Below, piece after piece: positions 17,686-27,639 of a DNA stretch of 45,401 nt. The notes under the pieces were generated by a model. The model saw only the letters and a program-made list of their open reading frames with translations. It ran no database searches and had not been told where the DNA came from. A program made the translations under genes and the position numbers. The stretch lies in IMG/VR virus record IMGVR_UViG_3300025518_000031, positions 1 through 45,401 of that record, one strand, 5' to 3'. The first letter of the stretch is position 1. Each line of letters begins with the position of its first letter. This DNA comes from a virus (Duplodnaviria > Caudoviricetes).

Positions 17686-18360
17686 ATGGAAGTAAAATTC
17701 AACGTAACCGGCGAGGCCCGCAAAGCGCTCGTCAAGGCGGCAGGAGAAGCCCTCGGCTGGGAGCCGGTCTACAAGGGAGCGCCGAGCTTCGCCTATGTGG
17801 TCAGCAATGTCACCATCAGCCGCGATGGTACCCTTTCCTGGGATGAGCGCACAGACGAAGCGGCCATGCTGCATCTGCTCAGTAAATTGCGGGAGATGGG
17901 CTTTGTCCCGGCGGAAGAGGAAACCGACCCCGACACGCTGACCATCGAGATGCCGCTTGTGGGCTTTACCGACACGGCGCTGGAGAACCTCAACCGGCTC
18001 ATCGCCGGCAAAGCGGCGCTGATCAAGAAAGCAATCGGCGCGGACTCCCTCCCCGTCGAGCGCACGGAAACGACGCTTAGGTTCCCCTGGTTTAAGTTCG
18101 GCATAGATGGCGCAACAGTCGCCGCCTACTCCCGCTTCATCGGCGCCCTGTGCGCGGCGGCGAAAGGTCAGAAACGGGTTACAGGCAGGGAAAAAGCAGT
18201 GGAGAACGAGAAGTACGCCTTCCGGGTGTTCCTCCTTCGCCTCGGCTTTGTGGGCGACGATTACAAGGAGGCGCGGAAAATCCTTTTAAAAAACCTTTCC
18301 GGGAACAGCGCGTTTAAGAGCGGCGCCCCTGCCAAAACGGAGGTGGACGCCGATGCCTAA
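17686..18360 (+). CDS. 'Virulence-related' phage protein; degenerate amidoligase-like paralog
   Basis: YKGAPSFAY, RFPWF, ENEKYAFRVFLLRLGFVG..YKEARKILLKNLSGNSAFK; C-terminus resembles the amidoligase. Confidence 0.75.
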   Translation: MEVKFNVTGEARKALVKAAGEALGWEPVYKGAPSFAYVVSNVTISRDGTLSWDERTDEAAMLHLLSKLREMGFVPAEEETDPDTLTIEMPLVGFTDTALENLNRLIAGKAALIKKAIGADSLPVERTETTLRFPWFKFGIDGATVAAYSRFIGALCAAAKGQKRVTGREKAVENEKYAFRVFLLRLGFVGDDYKEARKILLKNLSGNSAFKSGAPAKTEVDADA

Positions 18361-18577
18361 GTTCCCCTCGAAAGAAATGGTGGAGCGGCTGCGCAAAGAG
18401 TATCCCCACGGCGCCCGCGTGGAGCTGGTGCGCATGAACGACCCCTACTCCAGGCTACAGCCCGGCGACAAGGGAACCGTGGACTTCGTCGACGACAGCG
18501 GCACCCTGTTTTGCATCTGGGACAGCGGCTCTCGCCTTGGCGTGGTCTACGGCGAGGACGCGGTAAAAAAGCTGTGA
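18353..18577 (+). CDS. DUF4314-like small protein
   Basis: YPHGARVELVRMNDPY..GDKGTV..VDDSGT...WDSGSRLGV.YGED. Confidence 0.8.
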   Translation: MPKFPSKEMVERLRKEYPHGARVELVRMNDPYSRLQPGDKGTVDFVDDSGTLFCIWDSGSRLGVVYGEDAVKKL

Positions 18578-18614
18578 AATCCCCGATATTTCTGTGGTTT
18601 TTCCGCAGAAATAG

Positions 18615-18647
18615 CTTGCTATTACCCCCTTTCAGAGTGATATATGT
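18615..18647 (+). promoter_or_regulatory. Repeated promoter-like motif, copy B
   Basis: CTTGCTATT-N10-AGAGTGATATATGT upstream of the amidoligase. Confidence 0.65.
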
Positions 18648-18695
18648 GTATGCCGGAAGACACACCACAAACGCCCTTAAAGGAGGATAAACAGC

Positions 18696-19595
18696 ATGCT
18701 AACGGGAAGATTCGGGATTGAGATCGAGTTCACGGGCATCACCAGAAGCGAGGCGGCGCGCATCGCGGCGGAACACCTCGCCGGAACGGTGACGAGCGCA
18801 GCCGACACCTACGACACCAAGAAGGTCACAGCGCCGGACGGCAGGGTCTGGAAGTTCATGAGCGACGGCAGCATCACCTGCCAAATGAGGCAAGGACGGC
18901 AGCGGGTTCCGGCCAGCCGCGAATACAGCGTGGAGCTGGTCAGCCCCATCCTCACCTACCGCGAGGACATCGCCACCCTGCAGGAGCTGGTGCGCAAACT
19001 GCGCAAGGCCGGAGCCTTCGCGAGCGCCACCTGCGGCATCCACCTCCACCTTGACGGGGCAAGCCACACGCCGCGCAGCATCCGCAACTTCGTGAACATC
19101 ATCGCCAGCAAGAATGACCTTTTCTACAAAGCGCTGCAGATTGCGCCGGAGCGGATGAGCTACTGCAAGAAGATGGACAGCCTGCTGGTGGAGAAGATGA
19201 ACCGCAGAAAGCCCAAAACCCTGCGGGCGATTGAGGAGATCTGGTACGAGGGCTACAGTGAAAGCCGCGACCGGCATTACCACCACAGCCGCTACCACTT
19301 CCTCAACCTGCACAGCTTTTTCACCGGCAACCGCACGGTGGAGCTGAGAGGCTTCAACAGCGAGCTTCACGCAGGCAAGATCAGAAGTTACATAGTCCTC
19401 GCCCTGGCTTTGAACCACCAGGCGCTGACGCAAAAATGCGCCTCGGCGAAAAAGCCCCAGGCCGAGAACGAAAAGTTCGCCATGCGGACCTACCTAAACC
19501 GCATCGGCTTCATCGGCGAGGAGTTCGCCAACTGCCGGGAGCACTTGACCGCACACTTAAACGGCTCGGCGGCCTGGCGGTTTCGGGCGGCTTGA
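18696..19595 (+). CDS. Putative amidoligase (COOH-NH2 ligase, Amidoligase_2)
   Basis: FGIEIE, SDGS, VELVSP, TCGIHLH, RYHFLNL, TVELRGFN motifs. Confidence 0.88.
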   Translation: MLTGRFGIEIEFTGITRSEAARIAAEHLAGTVTSAADTYDTKKVTAPDGRVWKFMSDGSITCQMRQGRQRVPASREYSVELVSPILTYREDIATLQELVRKLRKAGAFASATCGIHLHLDGASHTPRSIRNFVNIIASKNDLFYKALQIAPERMSYCKKMDSLLVEKMNRRKPKTLRAIEEIWYEGYSESRDRHYHHSRYHFLNLHSFFTGNRTVELRGFNSELHAGKIRSYIVLALALNHQALTQKCASAKKPQAENEKFAMRTYLNRIGFIGEEFANCREHLTAHLNGSAAWRFRAA

Positions 19596-19633
19596 GCCGC
19601 CCCCGCGGCCAAAGAGCAAGGAGGACATAGACA

Positions 19634-20098
19634 ATGGATAAGCGCAACAAGCTGTACATCGCCTACGGTTCCAACTTAAACCGGGAGCAGATGGCGGACA
19701 GATGCCCCACGGCAAGGGTGCTGGGGGCAAGCATGATGGATGGCTGGCGGCTCCTGTTCCGGGGCGCGCGCGAAAACGCGGTGGCGACGGTGGAGCCTTG
19801 CCCAAGCGGCAGCGTCCCTGTGCTGGTCTGGGAGATCACCCAGGCTGACGAAGTGGCGCTCGACCGCTATGAGGGCTGGCCGTTCTTTTACCGCAAGGAA
19901 ACGGTGAAAGTAGAGCTAAACGGCAAGACAGTCAGCGCGATGGTGTATATCATGAACGAGGGCAGGCCGCTTGGCCAGCCAAGCTGCTATTACTACTCGG
20001 TTATCCTTGACGGCTACAGGGACGCTGGCTTCGATGTGGAGATCCTGCGCCAGGCGACCATCGATTCTGCGGAAACGGAGGAAACCGCCTATGAATGA
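19634..20098 (+). CDS. Gamma-glutamylcyclotransferase (GGCT/AIG2-like)
   Basis: YIAYGSNL..QM..RCP, LDRYEGWP.FY. Confidence 0.88.
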   Translation: MDKRNKLYIAYGSNLNREQMADRCPTARVLGASMMDGWRLLFRGARENAVATVEPCPSGSVPVLVWEITQADEVALDRYEGWPFFYRKETVKVELNGKTVSAMVYIMNEGRPLGQPSCYYYSVILDGYRDAGFDVEILRQATIDSAETEETAYE

Positions 20099-20279
20099 AA
20101 CGATAAAAGAGCAAATCCTCGCCATCCGGGACAGCGGCGTCACCAATATGTTTGACCTGCCGCGCGTCCAGCACGAAGCCTATGTGCGCGGCTTTTACGA
20201 ACTTGTGCTGTACCTGGAGGAACACAAGGCCGAATACAGCCGCTTTATCCTGACGGGCGATGCGGATGAGAGAAAATAG
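20091..20279 (+). CDS. DUF5049-like small protein
   Basis: IKEQILAIRDSGVTNMFD..VQ..A...GFYELV...Y.RFILTG. Confidence 0.78.
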   Translation: MNETIKEQILAIRDSGVTNMFDLPRVQHEAYVRGFYELVLYLEEHKAEYSRFILTGDADERK

Positions 20280-20307
20280 CTGACAGTAAATATATAAACA
20301 GGAAACA

Positions 20308-20337
20308 AGGGCTTCTTCGTGAGGCTCTTTTCTTTTG
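20308..20337 (+). terminator. Probable intrinsic terminator closing the amidoligase cassette
   Basis: GGGCTTC/GAGGCTC stem followed by TTTTCTTTT. Confidence 0.55.
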
Positions 20338-20358
20338 CTCAAACAAGGAGGCGGGCCT

Positions 20359-21963
20359 ATGCGCAAACTGAAGAGATACCGGCCGACCTCCTTCATGGCG
20401 GAAGGCTCATACTACGAGAAGGCCGCCGCCGATTACGCCGTTTCTTTTATCCAGGCCCTCTCCCACACCAAAGGCGCCTGGGCGGGGAAGCCCTTTGAAC
20501 TGATCGACTGGCAGGAGCAGATTGTCCGCGATATTTTCGGCATCCTCAAGCCCAACGGCTGCAGGCAGTTCAATACCGCATATGTGGAAATCCCGAAAAA
20601 ACAGGGCAAGTCTGAGCTGGCCGCCGCCATCGCCCTGCTGCTGACCTGCGGCGACGGCGAGGAGCGCGCCGAGGTGTACGGCTGCGCTGCCGACCGCCAG
20701 CAGGCCTCCATCGTGTTCGAGGTGGCTGCCGATATGGTGCGGATGTGCCCGGCGCTTTCAAGGCGGGTGAAGTTACTCGCTTCCACCAAGCGGCTGATAT
20801 ACCTGCCGACCAACAGCTTCTACCAGGTGCTGAGCGCGGAGGCCTACTCCAAGCATGGTTTCAACATCCACGGCGTGGTGTTCGACGAGTTGCATACCCA
20901 GCCTAACCGAAAGCTCTTTGATGTAATGACCAAAGGCTCCGGCGACGCAAGGCGGCAGCCGCTGTACTTCCTCATCACCACGGCGGGAACGGACAACCAG
21001 AGCATCTGCTACGAGACGCACCAGAAGGCGAAGGATATCCTCGAAGGCAGGAAGCGCGACCCCACCTTCTATCCCGTGATCTACGGGGCGAAGGAAGGCG
21101 ATGACTGGACTGACCCCAAGGTGTGGAAGAAAGTTAACCCTTCCCTGGGCATTACGGTAGGCATCGATAAGGTGAAGGCGGCCTGTGAAAGCGCGAAACA
21201 GAACCCCGCCGAGGAGAACAGCTTCCGGCAATTGCGCCTGAATCAATGGGTCAAACAGGCCATACGCTGGATGCCGATGGCGAAGTGGGACGCCTGCGCC
21301 TACCCAGTAGATCCGGAGGGCCTTGCGGGGCGGGTCTGCTACGGCGGGCTTGACCTCTCCTCCACCACCGACATTACCGCCTTTGTGCTGGTGTTCCCGC
21401 CGGAAGATGAGGACGACAAATACAGCGTCCTCCCGTTCTTCTGGATGCCGGAGAACAACATAGATCTGCGGGTGCGGCGAGACCATGTGCAGTACGACAT
21501 CTGGGAGAAGCAGGGGTATCTCCTGACCACCGAGGGGAACGTGGTGCATTACGGCTTTATTGAGCGGTTCATTGAAAACTTAGGCGAAAAGTACAACATC
21601 CGCGAAATCGCCTTTGACCGCTGGGGCGCGGTGCAGATGGTACAGAACCTTGAGGGGCTGGGCTTTACCGTAGTCCCCTTCGGGCAGGGCTTTAAGGATA
21701 TGTCGCCGCCCACCAAGGAGCTGATGAAGCTGACGCTAGAGGAAAGAATCGCCCACGGCGGCCATCCCGTCCTGCGCTGGATGATGGATAATATCTACAT
21801 TCGCACTGATCCCGCCGGTAACATCAAACCGGACAAAGAAAAATCCACGGAACGAATCGACGGCGCGGTGGCGACCATTATGGCGCTTGACCGCGCCCTG
21901 CGCTGCGGTTCCGGCGATGGCGGCGCTTCAGTCTACGATGAGAGGGGGTTATTGATCCTATGA
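20359..21963 (+). CDS. terL: Terminase large subunit
   Basis: IPKKQGKSE, VFDELH, ITTAG, GLDLSSTTD, RIDGAVA. Confidence 0.95.
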   Translation: MRKLKRYRPTSFMAEGSYYEKAAADYAVSFIQALSHTKGAWAGKPFELIDWQEQIVRDIFGILKPNGCRQFNTAYVEIPKKQGKSELAAAIALLLTCGDGEERAEVYGCAADRQQASIVFEVAADMVRMCPALSRRVKLLASTKRLIYLPTNSFYQVLSAEAYSKHGFNIHGVVFDELHTQPNRKLFDVMTKGSGDARRQPLYFLITTAGTDNQSICYETHQKAKDILEGRKRDPTFYPVIYGAKEGDDWTDPKVWKKVNPSLGITVGIDKVKAACESAKQNPAEENSFRQLRLNQWVKQAIRWMPMAKWDACAYPVDPEGLAGRVCYGGLDLSSTTDITAFVLVFPPEDEDDKYSVLPFFWMPENNIDLRVRRDHVQYDIWEKQGYLLTTEGNVVHYGFIERFIENLGEKYNIREIAFDRWGAVQMVQNLEGLGFTVVPFGQGFKDMSPPTKELMKLTLEERIAHGGHPVLRWMMDNIYIRTDPAGNIKPDKEKSTERIDGAVATIMALDRALRCGSGDGGASVYDERGLLIL

Positions 21964-23213
21964 GCATATTCTCCCGGCTGTTCCGAACGCGGGATAGGCC
22001 GCAAAACCGCGTGGGCAGCGGGTTCTCCTTCCTGTTCGGCGGTACCGCCAGCGGCAAGATGGTCAACGAGCGGACGGCAATGCAGGCCACGGCGGTGTAT
22101 GCCTGCGTGCGGATACTGGCCGAAGCTATAGCCGGGCTGCCGCTTCGCATATACCGCTACAAAGCCGATGGCGGCAAGGAAAAAGCTGTGGGCCACCGGC
22201 TGTACCACCTCCTCCATAGCGAACCAAACCCGGAGATGACATCATTTGTGTTCAGGGAAACGCTGATGAGCCATCTTCTGCTTTGGGGCAACGCCTACGC
22301 GCAGGTGATCAGGGACGGGCGCGGCCAGGTAATGGCTCTCTACCCCCTGCTGCCGAACAAGATGGATGTGGCGCGAGCCGCAAACGGCGAACTGACCTAT
22401 ACCTACCGCCGCGACGCCGAGGAAAGCCGGATTAACCCGGACAGCGGGACGGTAACCCTGCGCCGGGACGAGGTTTTGCATATCCCCGGCCTTGGCTTTG
22501 ACGGGCTGATTGGCTACTCGCCCATCGCCATTGCCAAGAACGCCATCGGCATGGCCATGGCGACGGAGGAGTATGGCGCTTCCTTCTTCGCCAACGGAGC
22601 CAATCCGGGCGGCGTGCTGGAGCATCCGGGCGTGGTCAAAGACCCCAAAAGGGTGCGGGAAAGCTGGAACGCGGTCTATCAGGGCAGCGGCAACGCCCAC
22701 CGCATCGCCGTGCTGGAAGAGGGCATGAAATTCCAGGCCATCGGCATCCCGCCGGAGCAGGCGCAGTTTCTGGAAACGCGGAAGTTTCAGATCAATGAAA
22801 TCGCCCGCATTTTCCGTGTCCCGCCCCATATGGTCGGCGATCTTGAGAAGTCCAGCTTCTCCAACATCGAGCAGCAGTCGCTGGAATTCGTCAAGTATAC
22901 CCTCGACCCGTGGGTGGTGCGCTGGGAGCAGGCTTTGCAGCAGTCCCTCCTCCTGCCTTCGGAAAAGCCCCGCTACTTTGTGCGGTTCAATGTGGACGGG
23001 CTGCTGCGGGGCGACTACCAAAGCCGCATGACCGGTTACGCCACGGGACGGCAGAACGGCTGGCTGTCGGCGAACGATATCCGCGAACTTGAGGACATGA
23101 ACCGCATCCCCGCCGAGGAGGGTGGGGACTTGTATCTGGTCAACGGCAATATGACGAAGCTGGCTGAGGCGGGCGTCTTTGCCAACCATCAACCGAAGGA
23201 GGTCAGCACATGA
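21960..23213 (+). CDS. HK97-family portal protein
   Basis: VYACVRILAEAIAGLPL, LWGNAY, IARIFRVPPHMVG, SNIEQQ. Confidence 0.95.
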   Translation: MSIFSRLFRTRDRPQNRVGSGFSFLFGGTASGKMVNERTAMQATAVYACVRILAEAIAGLPLRIYRYKADGGKEKAVGHRLYHLLHSEPNPEMTSFVFRETLMSHLLLWGNAYAQVIRDGRGQVMALYPLLPNKMDVARAANGELTYTYRRDAEESRINPDSGTVTLRRDEVLHIPGLGFDGLIGYSPIAIAKNAIGMAMATEEYGASFFANGANPGGVLEHPGVVKDPKRVRESWNAVYQGSGNAHRIAVLEEGMKFQAIGIPPEQAQFLETRKFQINEIARIFRVPPHMVGDLEKSSFSNIEQQSLEFVKYTLDPWVVRWEQALQQSLLLPSEKPRYFVRFNVDGLLRGDYQSRMTGYATGRQNGWLSANDIRELEDMNRIPAEEGGDLYLVNGNMTKLAEAGVFANHQPKEVST

Positions 23214-23542
23214 GGAAATTCTGGAACTGGGTGCGCAATTCGGACGAAGAGCGCACCCTCTATTTAAACGGCCCCATCGCGCAAGAAACATGGTGGGGCG
23301 ACGAGGTGACGCCCAAGCTGTTTAAAGGCGAGCTGCTGGCGGGCGCGGGCAACATCACGGTGTGGATTAACTCTCCCGGCGGTGATGTTTTCGCGGCGGC
23401 GCAGATTTACAACATGCTCATGGACTATGCCGGGCAGGTCACCGTCAAAATTGACGGCCTCGCTGCCAGCGCCGCATCGGTCATCGCCATGGCCGGCGGC
23501 GAGGTGTATATGTCCCCCGTCTCCATGCTGATGATCCACAAC
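23210..23542 (+). CDS. clpP: ClpP-like prohead protease, exon 1
   Basis: INSPGGDV, GLAASAAS (catalytic Ser), MLMIHN, then intron. Confidence 0.92.
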
Positions 23543-26003
23543 GTGCGTCCAGATAGGGCGTTTTCAACTGCGGGAATTTAGGTGCCCGCTTCCCATAATT
23601 ACGGGAAAGTCAACCTGCCTAACCGAAAGGCGAAAGCTGGTACGGGAACAAAGCACGGCAGGAAAGCGGCAAGTTATCCAAAGGCTAAAGGGTACGACTG
23701 AGCCGCAATGACAAGGGAATATGAGGTTTAACCTGTGTTTGGTGAACGTGAGGTTTTACGTCCGTTATCATAGGAACGGGGAAACTAGCCTGAAACCCCG
23801 TGCGCGATAGACTTTTGATAGGGTTGTGGTCAAAAGTGTAATTACAGCGTCGCGCCGTGAGCAAGAGAACTTGTGTTAAGAAACCGAAAGCGAAACCGAC
23901 AATTCCCACACCTGTTGAAAATGTTAACTGGAGATACCCTAAAGATCAATGCCGCAAGGCTATGGCGGTTGCGCCTGAATATGACCCACGGGTACGGAGC
24001 GCCCATAGTAGTCCGCGAGGGATAACGACCCTTACATGGCGAAGGGGCGCAGTTTGCGCGACTTCAAGAACAATGGCGAAAGGGAGGAGAAACCTCAAAT
24101 GAAACCAACGCCAGAGATTTTGGAACGTATCAGAAAAAGCTCAACAGACCATAAAGATGGGGTGTTTACCCGACTTTACCGCTATCTTTTAAGAGAGGAC
24201 GTTTACTATACGGCATATAGAAATTTGTATGCCAACAAGGGCGCAGCGACAAAAGGCACTGATAGCGATACGGCGGATGGTTTTGGTACGGAATATATCG
24301 CAAAAATTATTCAAGATTTAGCGAATATGAATTACGAGCCAAAACCCGTGCGCAGGACGCACATTCCAAAACGAAACGGGAAAATGCGTCCGCTTGGAAT
24401 CCCGTCATTCCGCGATAAAATTGTGCAGGATGTTATCAGAATGTACCTTGAAGCAATATATGAGCCGATATTCAGTGACCGTTCACATGGATTCAGACCG
24501 AATAGAAGCTGTCATACGGCCATACAACAAATCACCAAAGGCTTTAACGGTATAAGGTGGTTTATTGAGGGCGACATAAAAGGTTGCTTCGATAATATAG
24601 ACCACTCTGTCCTGCTATCGCTGCTGTCCGAGAAAATCAAGGACTCCCGGTTTGTAAATCTGATAGGAAAGTTTCTTAAAGCGGGATATTTGGAGGACTG
24701 GAAGTATAACGCGACATACAGCGGAACGCCACAAGGCGGTATTATCTCACCTATCCTCGCAAATATCTACTTGCATGAACTTGACAAAAAGATGGACGAA
24801 CTGAAAAAGGGGTTTGACGCACCGCCACAGCGCACCTGCACCAAAGAGTATGCGGACAAGCAATGGGAGATTGAAAAAGTTCGCCGACAGCTTAAAACCG
24901 CCCAAAACGCCGAAGAAATTCAACGGCTCGTGGCTGACAAAAAGCGTTTGCATAAGGAACTTGTCAAAATCCCATGGAAAGACGCTACTGATAAAAAATT
25001 GGTATATGTGCGTTACGCGGACGATTTTCTCATTGGCGTGAACGGCACCAAGGAAGAATGCCAACAGGTAAAAACTCTTTTGAAAGAATTTCTCGCAAAC
25101 CGCTTGAAACTCGAACTAAGCGATGAAAAGACCAAAATCACTCACAGCGCAGAATACGCCAGATTTCTGGGGTATGACGTGAATGTGCGGCGGACTGGTG
25201 AACTAAAACGCCGTTCTGATGGAATTGTGCAACGCACACTCAACGGAACGGTGGAATTACTTGTGCCGCTTGGCGAGAAAATCGAACGGTTTGTAATAGA
25301 CAAAAAGATAGCGAAAGTCGGTAGAGATGGGAAATTGCAGTCACAACACTGTAACCCTGTCCTGCACAACACAGACCTTGAAATCGTAGACCACTACAAC
25401 TCGCAAACACGCGGGATATGCAACTATTATCGTATGGCAAGCAATTTCAGCAAGCTAAAATACTTTGTATACCTTATGGAGTATAGCTGCCTGAAAACAC
25501 TTGCTCGGAAACATCAGATGAATATGTCGCAGATAATCCAAAAATTCAGGTTCGGAAAAACATGGGGCATCCCCTATGTAACAAAAAGCGGTCAGAAGCA
25601 AATGGTAATCGTCCGCTTTACAGACCTGAAAAGAAGCTGGAAATATGCTGACGATGTGGATGCAATCCCCCAAAGGCATTATGGGTTCAATGAACTTGAA
25701 AAACGCCTGAAAGCAAACAAATGCGAGTTGTGCGGCGGAGAAAGCCCCCCATTTGAGATACACCATATCAACAAACTAAAAAATCTCAAAGGGAAAGCCA
25801 TGTGGGAAAAAGTGATGATTTCAAGGAAGAGAAAAACGCTTGTGGTCTGTCAAAAATGCCATTATGAAATACATGGTAGGAGCTATCATGCGTAAAAGCG
25901 CAAATGGAGAGCCGGATACCTTGAGAGGGGTAAGTCCGGTTCGGAGGGGGGACTGCACAAACCTACCGCAGGGATGCGGCAAGGCGGTGTTTTCCTACCC
26001 TAC
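23543..26003 (+). mobile_element. Group II intron, IIA / Ll.LtrB-like
   Basis: 5' GTGCGTCCAGATAGGG; domain V GAGCCGGATAC..GAGA..GTAAGTCCGGTTC near 25909-25942; 3' CCTACCCTAC; EBS2 ATCAT 23767-23771; EBS1 GTTGTGG 23823-23829; removal restores MIHN|PSTIAIG in frame. Confidence 0.95.
24099..25895 (+). CDS. ltrA: Group II intron reverse transcriptase/maturase with HNH endonuclease domain
   Basis: RPLGIP, HGFRPNRS, GTPQGG, RYADD, CELCG..EIHH..VCQKCH; RBS GGAGG. Confidence 0.95.
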   Translation: MKPTPEILERIRKSSTDHKDGVFTRLYRYLLREDVYYTAYRNLYANKGAATKGTDSDTADGFGTEYIAKIIQDLANMNYEPKPVRRTHIPKRNGKMRPLGIPSFRDKIVQDVIRMYLEAIYEPIFSDRSHGFRPNRSCHTAIQQITKGFNGIRWFIEGDIKGCFDNIDHSVLLSLLSEKIKDSRFVNLIGKFLKAGYLEDWKYNATYSGTPQGGIISPILANIYLHELDKKMDELKKGFDAPPQRTCTKEYADKQWEIEKVRRQLKTAQNAEEIQRLVADKKRLHKELVKIPWKDATDKKLVYVRYADDFLIGVNGTKEECQQVKTLLKEFLANRLKLELSDEKTKITHSAEYARFLGYDVNVRRTGELKRRSDGIVQRTLNGTVELLVPLGEKIERFVIDKKIAKVGRDGKLQSQHCNPVLHNTDLEIVDHYNSQTRGICNYYRMASNFSKLKYFVYLMEYSCLKTLARKHQMNMSQIIQKFRFGKTWGIPYVTKSGQKQMVIVRFTDLKRSWKYADDVDAIPQRHYGFNELEKRLKANKCELCGGESPPFEIHHINKLKNLKGKAMWEKVMISRKRKTLVVCQKCHYEIHGRSYHA

Positions 26004-26360
26004 CCCAGCACCATCGCCATCGGCGACAGCGAGGAGATGCTACGCGCTAAGGCCTTGCTTGATGAGGTCAAGGAGAGCATCATCAACGCTTATGAATTAA
26101 AGTCCGGCCTTTCAAGGGTGAAACTCTCCCACCTGATGGACGCGGAAACCTGGATGAACGCCAAAAAAGCTGTGGAACTCGGCTTTGCGGACAAGATTAT
26201 GTTCACATCCAGCGAGGAACCGCAAGACTCAGGCGAAGGCCTGATCTTCAGCCGCATGGCGGTCGCCAACTCCCTGCTTGGGAAAATCCCCAAGGCCAAA
26301 CCGAAAACGGGTACCCCCATCGAGTCGCTGGATAAGCGGCTCTCATTAATTTCCCACTAA
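26004..26360 (+). CDS. clpP: ClpP-like prohead protease, exon 2
   Basis: PSTIAIG...MDAETWMNAKKAVELGFAD; in frame with exon 1 after splicing (229 aa in total). Confidence 0.92.
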   Translation, partial: PSTIAIGDSEEMLRAKALLDEVKESIINAYELKSGLSRVKLSHLMDAETWMNAKKAVELGFADKIMFTSSEEPQDSGEGLIFSRMAVANSLLGKIPKAKPKTGTPIESLDKRLSLISH

Positions 26361-26381
26361 ATTTTAAGGAGGACAAACACA

Positions 26382-27575
26382 ATGAGCAAAATCCTGGAAC
26401 TGCGCGAAAAGCGCGCCAAGGCCTGGGAAGCGGCCAAGGCCTACCTTGACAGCAAGCGGGGCGGCGACGGGCTTTTGTCCGCGGAAGATACCGCCGCCTA
26501 CGAGAAGATGGAGGGCGACGTGGTGGCGCTGGGCAGGGAAATCGAGCGGCTGGAGCGCCAGGCCGCCCTTGACGCGGAGCTTTCCCAGCCGACCAATAAC
26601 CCCATCACCAACAAGCCGTCTGCCTACGGCGAGGCTAAGAGCGGCCGGGCCGCCGCCGAGTACAAGCGCGCCTTCTGGAACGCCATGCGCGGCAAGCGCA
26701 CCGCCGATATCCAAAACGCGCTGCAGGTAGGCGAGGATACCGAGGGCGGCTACCTGGTGCCTGATGAGTTTGAGCGCACTCTGGTGAAGTCGCTTGAGGA
26801 GGAAAACATCTTCCGGCAGCTGGCCAATGTCATTACCACCTCCAGCGGCGACCGCAAGATCCCCGTGGTGGCAAGCAAAGGCACCGCCTCCTGGGTGGAT
26901 GAGGAGGGGCAGATCCCCGAAAGCGACGACAGCTTCGGGCAGGTGTCCATCGGCGCTTTCAAGCTGGCCACCATGATTAAGGTCAGCGAGGAGCTGTTAA
27001 ACGACAGCGTCTTCAATCTGGAGAACTACATCGCACGGGAGTTCGCCCGCCGTATCGGCGCCAAGGAAGAGGAAGCTTTCTTTGTGGGCGACGGCCTTGG
27101 CAAACCCACCGGCATCCTTGCCGCCACTGGCGGCGGGCAGGTTGGCGCGACCACAGCCGCCGCGGCAGCTATCACCTTAGACGAAATACTGGACCTGTTC
27201 TACAGCCTCAAGTCCCCTTACCGCAAAAAAGCCGTCTTTGTCATGAACGACGCCACGGTCAAGGCCATCCGCAAGCTCAAAGACAGCACCGGCCAGTACC
27301 TCTGGCAGCCGTCCATCAAGGAAGCAACACCCGACACCATCCTCAACCGTCCCTTGTACACCTCGGCCTATGTGCCGATAATCGAGGCGGGGGCCAAGAC
27401 CGTGGTGTTCGGCGACTTCGGCTACTACTGGGTGGCCGACCGCCAGGGCCGGGTGTTCAAGCGGCTAAGCGAACTGTTCGCCCCCACCGGGCAGGTAGGC
27501 TTCATCGCCACCCAGCGCGTGGACGGCAAGCTGGTGCTGCCGGAGGCCATCAAGATATTGCAGCAAAAGGCGTAG
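26382..27575 (+). CDS. HK97-fold major capsid protein
   Basis: N-terminal coiled-coil delta domain, EGGYLVP, VSEELLNDS, YLWQP, FGDF. Confidence 0.95.
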   Translation: MSKILELREKRAKAWEAAKAYLDSKRGGDGLLSAEDTAAYEKMEGDVVALGREIERLERQAALDAELSQPTNNPITNKPSAYGEAKSGRAAAEYKRAFWNAMRGKRTADIQNALQVGEDTEGGYLVPDEFERTLVKSLEEENIFRQLANVITTSSGDRKIPVVASKGTASWVDEEGQIPESDDSFGQVSIGAFKLATMIKVSEELLNDSVFNLENYIAREFARRIGAKEEEAFFVGDGLGKPTGILAATGGGQVGATTAAAAAITLDEILDLFYSLKSPYRKKAVFVMNDATVKAIRKLKDSTGQYLWQPSIKEATPDTILNRPLYTSAYVPIIEAGAKTVVFGDFGYYWVADRQGRVFKRLSELFAPTGQVGFIATQRVDGKLVLPEAIKILQQKA

Positions 27576-27586
27576 TTTTATCTTAC

Positions 27587-27620
27587 GGCGGGCAGCCCTA
27601 AACGGCTGCCTGCCAGTTTT
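27587..27620 (+). terminator. Hairpin / probable terminator after the capsid gene
   Basis: GGCGGGCAGCC-CTAAAC-GGCTGCCTGCC then AGTTTT. Confidence 0.55.
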
Positions 27621-27639
27621 GGAAAGGGGGGCGGATGCG

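Noticed and set aside
23543-23581. ORF-track C-terminus VRPDRAFSTAGI of ClpP and N-terminus MRQGGVFLPY at 25974
   Set aside because: Both are read-through into intron sequence, not real coding ends
24099-25895. Reverse transcriptase as DGR, retron or defence RT
   Set aside because: It lies inside clear group II intron boundaries with domain V, EBS/IBS pairing and maturase/HNH domains; no TR/VR pair was seen
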